DNA from: an uncultured Chloroflexia bacterium
GTDB taxonomy: Bacteria; Chloroflexota; Limnocylindria; QHBO01
NCBI GenBank assembly: GCA_963825525.1
Contig: CAWGTN010000002.1
Location: 1,248,001-1,312,000 of the forward strand
Length of the DNA stretch: 64,000 nucleotides
Reading direction: 5' to 3'
Shown here piece after piece: positions 28,167 to 38,485 of the stretch. The notes beneath the pieces were generated by a model. It saw nothing but the letters and a program-made list of their open reading frames with translations. It was not told where the DNA came from and did no database searches. The translations under genes and the position numbers were made by a program. The number at the start of each line of letters is the position of its first letter. Position 1 is the first letter of the stretch.

Positions 28167-28817
28167 ATGGCGGGTGACCAGGTCGTCGTGATCGGGCTGG
28201 GCCGATTCGGCTCGGCGGTGGCTCGAGAGCTCGAGCGCCTCGGGCACCAGGTGCTTGCCATCGATCGGAGCGAGCAGCGCGTCAACGACGTCGCCCCGGA
28301 GGTGACCCACGCGCTCCAGTTGGACGCCGCCGACGAGGACGCGCTCCGCGGCGCAGGGGCGGGAGACTTCAACACCGCCATCGTGGCCATCAGCAGCGAC
28401 GCGGAGCCGTCGATCTTCGCGACCATGGTGCTCAAGCGTCTCGGCGTCCGGAACGTCATCGCCAAGGCGGGCAGCCGTCTGCACGGCGAGATCCTGGCGC
28501 GGGTCGGTGCCGATCGGGTGGTGTTTCCCGAGCTCGAGACCGGCCTCCGGCTGGCACATTCGTTCAACGTCCCAAACGTGATCGACTACCTCGACGTGGC
28601 TCCCAGCTTCGGCATCGAGAAGATTCGTCCGCCGAAATCGTTCATCGGAAAGTCGCTGGCCGAGCTGGATCTCAAGACGAAGATGGGGCTGACGCCGATC
28701 GCCCTGCGGCGCGGCAAGCAGGTCTTCGTCAACCCGGCGCGCGAGGAGCGAGTCGCCGAGGGTGACGAGCTCATCCTCATCGGCCGAGACGACAACCTGG
28801 AGCACCTGCGCGGCTAG
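28167..28817 (+). CDS. ktrA: Ktr/Trk potassium uptake RCK subunit
   Basis: VIGLGRFG, GADRVVFPE, TrkA-C domain; GGAGG RBS. Confidence 0.92.
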   Translation: MAGDQVVVIGLGRFGSAVARELERLGHQVLAIDRSEQRVNDVAPEVTHALQLDAADEDALRGAGAGDFNTAIVAISSDAEPSIFATMVLKRLGVRNVIAKAGSRLHGEILARVGADRVVFPELETGLRLAHSFNVPNVIDYLDVAPSFGIEKIRPPKSFIGKSLAELDLKTKMGLTPIALRRGKQVFVNPAREERVAEGDELILIGRDDNLEHLRG

Positions 28818-29272
28818 TTGTCCGGCGACACTCCGTCACCCAGCGTGAACCGCCGGAGCTCGTCCTCGCACGCGTCGGCCAGGCGTCGCGCCTCGTTCAC
28901 CAGGAAGTTCGTCATCTTCGTCGAGTCCACCACGAGCAGGGTGTGACCCCGCTCGTTGCGATCCAGCACGATGCGGTCGTCGCCATGGAAGCTGATCGAC
29001 CAGTTCGCCTGGAGCTGGACCAGCTCGGCGATGACGACCTTCTCGCTGAAGTACCAGTCCAGGAACTCCGCATTCAGCGCGGTGGTCACGTCGCGCACCT
29101 GGAGCGTCTCGTTCCGTCGCAGCCGCGAGACGAAGTGGACGACGCGAAGGGCCGCGAACGGATCGCCGCTGCGCGCCAGCTGCGGCGGCGCGATGGTGGG
29201 GTCGGGCATGGCGTCCGGGGCATCACCCACCAGCGGCAACGCGGTGCTGCGCTCGGTCACGACGGCCGGCAT
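28814..29272 (-). CDS. hypothetical protein
   Basis: Strongly coding-like ORF (PFAALRVVHFVSRL...LQANW); start uncertain (29272 or 29353). Confidence 0.7.
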   Translation of the reverse strand: MPAVVTERSTALPLVGDAPDAMPDPTIAPPQLARSGDPFAALRVVHFVSRLRRNETLQVRDVTTALNAEFLDWYFSEKVVIAELVQLQANWSISFHGDDRIVLDRNERGHTLLVVDSTKMTNFLVNEARRLADACEDELRRFTLGDGVSPDN

Positions 29273-29349
29273 GCTCGAGCCGGGTCCGGGGAGTGTGGAT
29301 GCGTGGCGGCAGACATGGGTGGCGAGTATCGCCGGTCCTCGAGGATCGA

Positions 29350-29685
29350 TCAACCGACGCGCAGTCCGTCCTCACAGCCCGGCTGCGGTTCGAGCAGATG
29401 GACCTCGCCCGACGCCCCCATGGCACCCAGCACCAGCACTTCGCTCGCGAACCCGGCGATGCGACGCACCGGGAAGTTGACGACGGCGACCACCTGGCGA
29501 CCCACGAGCTCATCCGGTTCGGGGTAGGTGACGGTCAGCTGTGCGGAGCTGTTCCGCTGGCCGATGTCAGGGCCGAAGTCGATCCGCAGCTGGTAGGAGG
29601 GCTTTCGGGCCTCGGGAAAGCGACGGGCTTCGAGGACGCGGCCGATCCGCATCTCAACGCGCTGGAAATCGTCGAACTCGATCAT
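29350..29685 (-). CDS. csaA: tRNA-binding / secretion chaperone CsaA
   Basis: FDDFQRVEMRIG, IDFG, SSAQLT, VVNFP, SEVLVLG. Confidence 0.9.
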   Translation of the reverse strand: MIEFDDFQRVEMRIGRVLEARRFPEARKPSYQLRIDFGPDIGQRNSSAQLTVTYPEPDELVGRQVVAVVNFPVRRIAGFASEVLVLGAMGASGEVHLLEPQPGCEDGLRVG

Positions 29686-29811
29686 GGCCGACACGATAGG
29701 CGATTGGCGTGCGGGTAGGACTTTCGACCCGTTGGAGATGCCTGTGCGCCGGGCTACCGTCGATCCCGGCCACGCCCGTGCCCGCGGGGCCAATCCTCAT
29801 CAGGAGGCAAC

Positions 29812-30378
29812 GTGACATTCTGGAACTGGCGCCGCGGTCCCGCCGCGACTGCGACGCAGGGTAGCGCGGCGATCGCCGCGACGCCCGAGCTCGCGCCGAT
29901 CGAGCTCTACACCGCCGATTCGCGCATCGTGGCCTGGATTGCGCCGAACGGGCAGCGCGTGACCGATTTCCTCAGCGGTCGCGACGAGCTCCGCCTGTGG
30001 CGGCCAAGCCCGGGCGCCGGCGATGAGGCCCCCGAACAGATCGGTGCCGATGCCGACGGCGGGACCTGGGAGAGCCTCCCGACGGCACAGGTCATCCTGG
30101 CCATGCCACCGGAATGGCGCGCGAGCCGGCAGCTGCGTCTCCACCGCCGGCTGCGCCGCGCGGCGCTCTCCGCTGGCCCATTCAGCGTGACGGGCAACGT
30201 CCACCTTGCGCCGGGCGTCGAGGTCGGCCTGCATCTCCTTCGCAACCAATCCTTCCTGCCCCTGACGGATGCCTACATCCTTCACAGCGGCGATCAGCCG
30301 TTCGAGCACGTCGTCAGCGTGGTCATCGTCAACGCGGCGCACGTCTCCGAGATCGTCCCGCTCGTCACCCTGGCCTGA
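29812..30378 (+). CDS. hypothetical protein with two related beta-rich halves
   Basis: AGGAGG RBS plus GTG; RVTDFL and FLPLTDA segments. Confidence 0.7.
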   Translation: MTFWNWRRGPAATATQGSAAIAATPELAPIELYTADSRIVAWIAPNGQRVTDFLSGRDELRLWRPSPGAGDEAPEQIGADADGGTWESLPTAQVILAMPPEWRASRQLRLHRRLRRAALSAGPFSVTGNVHLAPGVEVGLHLLRNQSFLPLTDAYILHSGDQPFEHVVSVVIVNAAHVSEIVPLVTLA

Positions 30379-30440
30379 GCTGCAGCCGGACGCGGCCCCG
30401 AACTCCCGCGGTCGAGCATGACGGGCGATAATCGGCCGCG

Positions 30441-32043
30441 ATGTCCGTCCTGCGCAGCACCTGTGACCCCCGTTCGACCGAGGCACGTGCCAATGCCGAG
30501 GCAATGCGCGAGCTCGTTGCCGACCTCCGCGAGCGGACCCACGCACTGGCGGGGCGTGGCGCCGCCGGCGACGAGCGGTCGATCGCGCGCCACCGGGAGC
30601 GCGGCAAGCTGCCGGTGCGGGAGCGCATCGAGCGGCTGATCGACCCCGGCTCGGCATTCCTCGAGCTCTCCGCCCTGGCGGCCACCGGTCTGTATGACGG
30701 TGACGCTCCCGGTGCCGGCATCGTGACCGGGATCGGTCGCGTGGAAGGCGTCGAATGCGTGGTCGTGGCCAATGACGCGACGGTCAAGGGCGGGACCTAC
30801 TACCCGATGACCGTCAAGAAGCACCTCCGCGCGCAGGAAGTGGCCCTCGAGAACAGCCTGCCGTGCGTGTACCTGGTGGATTCAGGCGGCGCGTTCCTGC
30901 CCCTCCAGGACGAGGTGTTCCCCGACCGCGAGCATTTCGGCCGCATCTTCTACAACCAGGCGCAGCTGTCGGCGAGGGGGATCCCACAGGTCGCCCTGGT
31001 GATGGGGTCATGCACCGCGGGCGGAGCCTACGTGCCGGCGATGTCCGACGAGACGGTGATCGTGAAGGGCACCGGCACGATCTTCCTCGGGGGCCCGCCA
31101 CTCGTGCAGGCGGCAACCGGCGAGGAGGTCACCGCCGAGGACCTCGGCGGCGCGGATGTTCATACGCGACTGTCGGGGGTGGCCGACCACTACGCCCTCG
31201 ACGACGAGCACGCGCTGGCCATCGGCCGCCAGATCGTGCGCAACCTGGCTCGCCGGCGCCCCGAGGCGCCATGGGAGGTCAACGAGGCCATCTCACCGGC
31301 CGTCGCCGAGACGGAGCTGTACGGCGTCATCCCGGCCGACGCTCGACAGACGTACGACGTGCGCGAGGTGATCGCCCGCCTCGTCGACGGCTCGGACTTC
31401 CACGAGTTCAAGGCCCGCTACGGGGAGACGCTCGTCACCGGCTTCGCGCGCCTGCATGGGCTACCCGGTCGGGATCATCGCCAACAACGGGATCCTGTTC
31501 AGCGAGTCCGCGCTGAAGGGCGCTCACTTCGTGGAGCTCGCCAGCCAGCGCCGGATTCCCGCTCGTCTTCCTCCAGAACATCACGGGCTTCATGGTCGGG
31601 CGCGAGTACGAGGCCGGCGGCATCGCCCGCGATGGCGCGAAGCTCGTCACCGCGGTGGGCACGACGAACGTGCCGAAGTTCACGGTCATCATCGGCGGCT
31701 CGTTCGGGGCCGGAAACTACGGCATGGCCGGCCGCGCATATGGTCCCGCGCCAGCTGTGGATGTGGCCGAACGCGCGCATCAGCGTCATGGGCGGCCAGC
31801 AGGCGGCCCGCGTCCTGTCCACCGTCCGCGGCGGCTTCGAGACCGATGCGGACCGAGATGCCTTCGAGCGCCCCGATCCTCGACAAGTACGAACGCGAGG
31901 GTTCGCCCTACTACTCCACCGCGCGGCTCTGGGACGACGGCGTGATCGACCCCCTCGACACCCGCCGCGTGCTGGCGATGGGGATCAGCGCCGCCCTCAA
32001 CGCACCCATCCCCGAACCGGGATTCAGCCTGTTCCGGATGTGA
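30441..32043 (+). CDS. 3-methylcrotonyl-CoA carboxylase beta (carboxyltransferase) subunit; four apparent +1 frameshifts near 31459, 31559, 31746 and 31872
   Basis: [58 protein letters not shown], ending FRM*. Confidence 0.92.
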
Positions 32044-32058
32044 CGGCCCGCGCGATCC

Positions 32059-32840
32059 TCAGGCCCGACTCGGCTCGGGGACCGGGAGCTCCGCGCGCTC
32101 GATGTCGAAGCGCAGGCCGAAGAGCTCGACCGTGCGCGGCGCATCGATCTCCGCGGCCAGGGTGACGACGGCCGGGACGGCCATCTCGCGAAGGGGCACG
32201 AAGCGCACGATGTGCGGGCCGATCTCCGCGACGGCGAGATCCGCCACCGCCCAGAAATCGATGCCGAGGTGCTCGTGGAAGCGTGCGGCCGCGGTCGGCG
32301 GATCTTCGGCCGCGATGTCGAGGCGCGCCAGGCGACGGGTGAGCCGAGCGGATGTCGGCACGGGCCCGCTCGGCCATGGCCGCGTGGCCCCACTCCGCGC
32401 CGACGTACGCGTGCTGGATGAGGAATGGGAGCCCATCCGGCGCCAACGCAGCTGTGGCACGGCGATCGACCATTCCACGACCTCGCCATCCGACCGAGTC
32501 CGCTACCCTGCTGGCCGGCGCCGAATGCGCCTTCGGGCAGGGCCGCGACGGTCTACTCGAGCTCGTCGTCGAGCAGGGCATAGGCCGCCAGACCTGCGCC
32601 CGAGCTTGCGCTGACGCCAGTGCCGCCGCGCCGACGGGACGCGTGCCGCGGCCTCGGCATCGTCGACGCCGATGAGCTCGAGGTACGTGCCGTCAGCCAG
32701 CCAGGCGATGCGGTTGAAGGTTCCCATGCCGGCATGCCGCCCACCGCCGGTGCACGCAGGCCGAGTGATGCCTCGAGCTCGGTTGCGGCCGCGTCGGGAT
32801 CGGCGCAGACGATGACCAGGTGGTCGATGCCGCGGATCAT
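32059..32840 (-). CDS. VOC / glyoxalase-like protein (several apparent frameshifts)
   Basis: [27 protein letters not shown] and LPFLIQH are spread over different frames. Confidence 0.75.
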
Positions 32841-32880
32841 GGGGACGATCCTACCAGCATCCGCTAGGCTCACCGGACCG

Positions 32881-33695
32881 ATGACCCAGACCGATCGGCC
32901 CGCCCCGGGCTCCCACGACCGCAGCTCGCCGTCGGGCTCGCTCGAGACGAGTGCCGCGAATCTGTTCGACGCGATGCTTGCCGCGCGCGAGGCGGAGGAG
33001 CGCGGCGATGATCGCCGGCACGCTCGATGCGTTCTACCGGACCCTGATGAGCGGCACGCTGCTCCTTCCGGTGCCGCCGGAGCACGGCGAGCAGGCGAAG
33101 GACGCGCTCGCCTCTGCCGTCAACGACGACGAGCAGGTCGAGATCAGCGTGATGCTGGCCAAGGAGGCGGAGGGGCAACGCGGTCAGCGTGGGCTTCGGG
33201 TCAATCGGCGCGCTGGCGGCCTGGGCGCCGGCAAACACCGGCAATCTGCCGCTGCCGGCACGCATTGCGATCGCGAACCTGGCCGCGGCCGAGCTTGCCG
33301 GCGATCATGGACCCCGCCGGACCCGTCCCGTATCGATTCGACCCCGACGAGCTGGCCGCGCTGGCCGACGGCCGCATACCTGGCTCGAACCAGCCGCTCT
33401 TCGAACCCACCCGCCGGTCCTCCATCCGGGTCCGGGTTCCGCCAGGCCGATACGCGCGACCTCGAGACGAGGCTCGCCCGCGAGCTCGGCGACTACGGAC
33501 GTCGAACACGCCTACCTCGTCGAGACCGAGGCCGATGACGGGAGCCCGCGCCTCCTGCTCGGGTTGGTCGGCGAGCTCGGGACCACGGCCACCGTGGACG
33601 TCCCTGACGGAACCGACGTGGTGTGGCTGGAGGAGCCGCTGCTCGCCCAGGTTCGCGCCGTGGCCGATCCGTTCCACCGGCGTTCGGGCCGATGA
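32881..33695 (+). CDS. SseB-family protein (several apparent frameshifts)
   Basis: Pieces FYRTLMSGTLLLPV, FGSIGALAAWAP, IMDPAGPVPY and HAYLVE joined across frames. Confidence 0.6.
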
Positions 33696-34481
33696 CGAAC
33701 GGCCTCGAGGTCACCCGCGACGCCGGATTCGTTCGGGTCACGCTCGCGCGGCCGGAGGTGCGCAACGCGTTCAACGCCGAGCTCATCGAGGAGCTGCGGA
33801 CGACGTTCAGCCGGCTCGCCGATGAGCCGGCCGGGACCGTGCGGGGCGTTGTCCTGGCCGGCGAGGGCCGGGTCTTCTGCGCCGGGGCCGACGTGGCGTG
33901 GATGCAGTCGGCGATCGGGATGAGCATCGAGGAGAACGAGCGCGACGCAACGGCCATGCAGGCCATGTTCGAGGCCATCGACGCCTGCCCGATTCCGGTC
34001 ATCGCCCGCGTGCAGGGCGCGGCACTCGGCGGCGGCATGGGACTCTGCGCCGTCGGCGACATCGTGGTCGCCAGCGCCGATGCCTCGTTCGGGTTCACGG
34101 AGACGCAAGCTTGGCCTCATCCCGGCGGTGATCAGCACCTTCGTCGTCCCCAAGATCGGTCCGTCCCATGCGCGGGCGCTCTTCTCGACCGGCGAGCGGT
34201 TCGATGCGGAGCGTGCGCGGGCGATGGGCTTGGTCCACGACGTCGTGGCGGACGAGGAGTCGCTCGACGCGCGCATCGGCGACCTGGTGGCGGAGCTGAC
34301 CACCGCGGGTCCGATGGCCGCCCGCGCTTCGAAGGCGCTGCTGCGGGAGCTCGCCTCGCTCGGTCCGACCGAGGCGCGGCGCCACACGCCCCGCCATATC
34401 GCCCAGCAGCGAACGTCCAGCGAGGGGCAGGAGGGGCTTCGAGCATTCCTCGAGAAGCGGCCGCCGAGCTGGACCGACTAG
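33692..34481 (+). CDS. enoyl-CoA hydratase family, probable methylglutaconyl-CoA hydratase (frameshift near 34105)
   Basis: RPEVRNAFN, FCAGAD, ALGGGMG, FTE-KLGLIPAVI, EGLRAFLEKR; context between the MCC subunits. Confidence 0.88.
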
Positions 34482-34526
34482 CCATCCAATGACGTGCCGT
34501 CGGCTCGTGCCTGCGACAATCGCGAC

Positions 34527-36560
34527 GTGAACGACACGCTGTCCCCCAGGGAGGTGGCCGACGCGCTCGGCGTCACGGTGCGCACGGTCCAGCGCTGGAT
34601 CTCGAGCGGCCGGCTGACGGGGCATCGGGTCGGCGGGCGCATGCGCGTGGCACGGGCGTCATTGGGCCAGGTGACCGAGGGCGCGATGCCCGACCCGCCC
34701 CCGGCTCCCCGGATCTCGCGGCTGCTCATCGCGAACCGCGGCGAGATCGCGCGCCGCATCGCCCGGACGGCCCGCGACCTCGGGATCCTGTCGATCGGGA
34801 TCCGGGCACCGGACGACCTGATTCCGCGCGACGTCGACGACGTGCAGCCGGTCACCTCGTACCTCGACGCGGAATCCATCCTGGAGGCGGCGCGCGCCGC
34901 CAATGCGGATGCGATCCACCCGGGCTACGGCTTCGTTGCCGAGAATCCCGACGTCGCGCGGCGCGTGGCCGAGGCCGGGCTCACGTGGGTCGGTCCGCCG
35001 GCAGCCGCGATCTCGGCGATGGGAGACAAGGCCTCGGCACGTCGACTGGCCGCAGCTCACGGCGTCCCGACCGTCCCCGGCTACGACGGCGACGCCCAGG
35101 ATCATGCCGCGCTCGAGGCGGCCGCTGCCGAGATCGGCTATCCGCTGCTCATCAAGCCGTCCGCGGGCGGCGGCGGAAAGGGCATGCGAGTCGTCCACGA
35201 TCCGGCCGAATTGGCCGACGGCCTGGCCGCCGCCCGGCGTGAGGCAACGCGCGCCTTCGGCGACGATCGCCTGGTGCTCGAACGCTTCATGGGCGGCTCG
35301 CGCCACGTCGAGATCCAGGTCCTCTTCGACGCACACGGCGCCGGCGTCCACCTGGGCGAGCGGGACTGCAGCACCCAGCGTCGCAGTCAGAAGATCGTGG
35401 AGGAGTCACCCGCGCCGGGCATGACCGACGACCTTCGCGGCCGAATGGGCCGGGCGGCCCTCGCGGTCGCCGGAGCTGTCGGATATGTCAGCGCCGGGAC
35501 GGTCGAGATGCTCGTGACCGACTCCGGAGAGTTTTACTTCCTCGAGATGAATACTCGGCTCCAGGTCGAGCACCCGGTGACCGAGGCGGTCACCGGACGC
35601 GACCTCGTCGCCGATCAGCTGCGCATCGCGTCCGGCGCGACCCTGGGCGAGATCGGTCTGACGGACGCTCCGCCCTTCGTGGGGCATGCGGTGGAGGCGC
35701 GGGTCTACGCGGAGGATCCCGAAGCGGGCTTTCTGCCGGCCACCGGACGCATCGCCATGCTGCACTGGCCGACGGGCGTGAGGGTGGATGCCGGGATCGA
35801 GGAGGGCGACGAGGTCACCGATCGCTACGACCCGATGCTGGCCAAGGTCATCGCGCATGGCGCCACCCGGTCGGAGGCCATGGACCGGCTGCGATTGGCC
35901 CTGGACGCCACGACCATCCTGGGCCTCCGCACCAACGTGAGATTCCTGCGATGGCTGCTCGATCATCCGACCATGCGGTCGGGCGAGATGCGCACCGACA
36001 CCCTGGGCTCCATCGAGCTGCCCGAGCCGCCGATCCCGACCGAGGCGCACTGGGGCGTGGCAGCGCGGGCTTTGGCGCCGGCGGACGCCTCCGACCCGTG
36101 GAGCGACGGCTGGCGACTCAATGGTCCAACGGTGCGACGACTCCAGCACGACGGAGTCGAGCGCAGCGTTGCCGTCGAGCTCGGTACGGCCGCGGACGTT
36201 CCGACGGTGGCAGTGGACGGCAACCAGGTCCACGTCGACGTCGAAGGCCAGTCGATGGCGTTCGCGCTGGCCGATCCCCCATCGGTCGAGACGGCCGCCG
36301 CCCACGCATCGGGCGAGGCAGGCGGCCTGGCGACCCTCACGGCGCCCATGCCCGGGCGCGTGATCTCGGTTCGGGTGATGCCCAACGCGGCCGTCGCCGC
36401 ACGCGAGGCGATCGTCATCATCGAGGCGATGAAGATGGAGCACGCGGTGGTCGCCCCGATCGACGGCACGGTCGCCCGAATCAACGTCGAGGAGGGCCAG
36501 CAGGTCCAGCGCGGCGATCTCCTCGCCGAGATCGCGCCCTACCATGGCGAGCATGGTTGA
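34527..36560 (+). CDS. excisionase-like HTH fused to methylcrotonyl-CoA carboxylase alpha subunit (biotin carboxylase plus biotin carrier)
   Basis: N-terminal LSPREVADALGVTVRTVQRWISSGRL..RVGGRMRV; then IANRGEIA, HPGYGF, GGGGKGM, EMNTRLQVEHPV, EAMKME. Confidence 0.9.
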   Translation: MNDTLSPREVADALGVTVRTVQRWISSGRLTGHRVGGRMRVARASLGQVTEGAMPDPPPAPRISRLLIANRGEIARRIARTARDLGILSIGIRAPDDLIPRDVDDVQPVTSYLDAESILEAARAANADAIHPGYGFVAENPDVARRVAEAGLTWVGPPAAAISAMGDKASARRLAAAHGVPTVPGYDGDAQDHAALEAAAAEIGYPLLIKPSAGGGGKGMRVVHDPAELADGLAAARREATRAFGDDRLVLERFMGGSRHVEIQVLFDAHGAGVHLGERDCSTQRRSQKIVEESPAPGMTDDLRGRMGRAALAVAGAVGYVSAGTVEMLVTDSGEFYFLEMNTRLQVEHPVTEAVTGRDLVADQLRIASGATLGEIGLTDAPPFVGHAVEARVYAEDPEAGFLPATGRIAMLHWPTGVRVDAGIEEGDEVTDRYDPMLAKVIAHGATRSEAMDRLRLALDATTILGLRTNVRFLRWLLDHPTMRSGEMRTDTLGSIELPEPPIPTEAHWGVAARALAPADASDPWSDGWRLNGPTVRRLQHDGVERSVAVELGTAADVPTVAVDGNQVHVDVEGQSMAFALADPPSVETAAAHASGEAGGLATLTAPMPGRVISVRVMPNAAVAAREAIVIIEAMKMEHAVVAPIDGTVARINVEEGQQVQRGDLLAEIAPYHGEHG

Positions 36561-37459
36561 CCACGACGTCCGCATCTACGAGGTGGGCCCACGGGACGGG
36601 CTGCAGAACGAGGCGGCGCCGATCCCCACGGCATCCAAGCTGCGCTTCATCTCGAAGCTGGCCGATGCAGGACTGCGCGAGATCGAGGCCACCAGCTTCG
36701 TGTCGCCGCGGGCCATTCCACAGTTGGCCGATGCGGACGAGCTGATGGCGGGGCTCGAACAGCGGCCGGGGGTCAGGTATCCGGTCCTGGTTCCGAACGA
36801 GCGGGGCATGGCCCGCGCCGAGGCCAGCGGCGCCCGGGCGGCAGCCGTCTTCACGGCGGCCTCGGAGCCGTTCACTCGTGCCAACATCAACATGACGATC
36901 GCGGAGTCGATCGAAGCATTTCGGCCCGTGATCGGCCGCGCGCGCGAGCTCGGATGGTGGACCCGCGCCTATGTCAGCACCGCGTTCGGATGTCCGTACC
37001 AGGGCGAGGTCGGCGAGGCTGCCGTGGTGGCCGTCGCGCAGGAGCTCGCGGCCCTGGGCGTGGATGAGCTGAGCATCGGCGACACCATCGGCGTTGCCGG
37101 CACCGTCGGACGTACGACGTGTCATCGACGCTCTCGAGACGGCCGGAATTGGCGTGGATCGGCTGGCCATGCACTTTCACGACACTCGCGGGACGGCGCT
37201 CGCCAACGTCGGCGCGGCCCTGGAGCGCGGCATTCGGTGCTTCGACTCCTCGACCGGCGGCACCGGCGGCTGTCCATATGCCCCCGGCGCGGCCGGCAAC
37301 CTCGCCACCGAGGACCTGGTCTATCTCCTCGACCGAGAGGGGCTGTCTCACGGCGTCAATCTGGACGGGGTGCTGGATGCGGCGCGCGACATCAGCGCAA
37401 CCCTGAATCGCCCGCTCGCGACGAAGGTGGGCCAAGCCGGTGGCTGGCGATTACCATAG
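36553..37459 (+). CDS. hydroxymethylglutaryl-CoA lyase (frameshift near 37100)
   Basis: EVGPRDGLQNE, GDTIG, HFHDTRG, GGCPYAPGAAGNLATED. Confidence 0.92.
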
Positions 37460-37466
37460 GCGCCCG

Positions 37467-38453
37467 ATGGACGCCGACAGCCCAGCCCACCCCGAGCCGC
37501 GCCCCCTGATCCTCGACGTGGATACCGGGATCGACGACATGATCGCCCTGCTCATCGCGGCGACGAGTCCCGAGATCAACCTCCGTGGCGTCACCTGTGT
37601 CGCCGGCAACGTCGAGATCCACCACGTGGCGCGCAATACCGGCAAGATCCTGCGCATGGTCGGCCGCGGCGATGTCCCGGTCTCCATCGGGGCGGCTCGA
37701 CCGCTCCAGCGACGGCTGCGGACGGCCCCCGACACGCATGGGCCAACGGGAACCGGGTACGTCGAGCTGCGCGGCGAGGATCGCCAGCTCGGCACGACCG
37801 AGTACACCGCCATCCCGGCCAGCCGCTATCTCGGCGCGCATGTCGCCCGCCATCCCGGTGATGTCACGGTCCTCGCCCTCGGGCCGCTCACCAACCTCGC
37901 CTCGGCCGTGCAGCAGAACGTCGACCTGGCCGGGGGGACCCGCGAGGTCATCTGGATGGGAGGCACGCTCGAGGAGCGCGGGAACACGACCGAGACCGGC
38001 GAGTGGAACGCGTGCGTCGACCCGGAGGCAGTCGAGATCTGCCTGGCGGCAGGCGCCGTGCATCGCATGTTTCCGCTGGACGCCACGCAGGACATCGTGT
38101 TCAGCATGGACGACCTGCGCGCCCTGCCCGACACCCATCTCGCCGGCATCGTGCGCGACGCCATCCGCTTCTACGTCGCCTTCCACCAGAAGGCGGATGG
38201 CATCGACGGCGCGTACCTCCACGATCCCGTGGTCCTCATCGGCTCACTGCTGAGGCCGGACCTGGTGACGGAGACCGTGACCGAGCGACTGGCATGCGAC
38301 ACGAGCTCGGATGCCCACCTGGCGGGGAGCCTGTACCGCGCCGAGAACGACGACCGACCGTCCATCTCGGTAGCCACGGCGATTGACGCCGATGGCATGA
38401 AGTCGGAGCTCATCAAGCGCCTCGGCCGCGCCGTCGGCGCCCCCAACAGCTGA
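37467..38453 (+). CDS. nucleoside hydrolase (IUNH family)
   Basis: DVDTGIDD, AGN, LGPLTN, MGG, EWN..DPEA, LHDP. Confidence 0.93.
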   Translation: MDADSPAHPEPRPLILDVDTGIDDMIALLIAATSPEINLRGVTCVAGNVEIHHVARNTGKILRMVGRGDVPVSIGAARPLQRRLRTAPDTHGPTGTGYVELRGEDRQLGTTEYTAIPASRYLGAHVARHPGDVTVLALGPLTNLASAVQQNVDLAGGTREVIWMGGTLEERGNTTETGEWNACVDPEAVEICLAAGAVHRMFPLDATQDIVFSMDDLRALPDTHLAGIVRDAIRFYVAFHQKADGIDGAYLHDPVVLIGSLLRPDLVTETVTERLACDTSSDAHLAGSLYRAENDDRPSISVATAIDADGMKSELIKRLGRAVGAPNS

Positions 38454-38485
38454 CCACGCGTCAAGGGACGGAGGAGAGGTCACCC

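Noticed and set aside
34527-34680. Prophage or integrative element implied by the excisionase-like domain
   Set aside because: No integrase, att-like repeats or phage genes; the domain is in frame with a metabolic enzyme.
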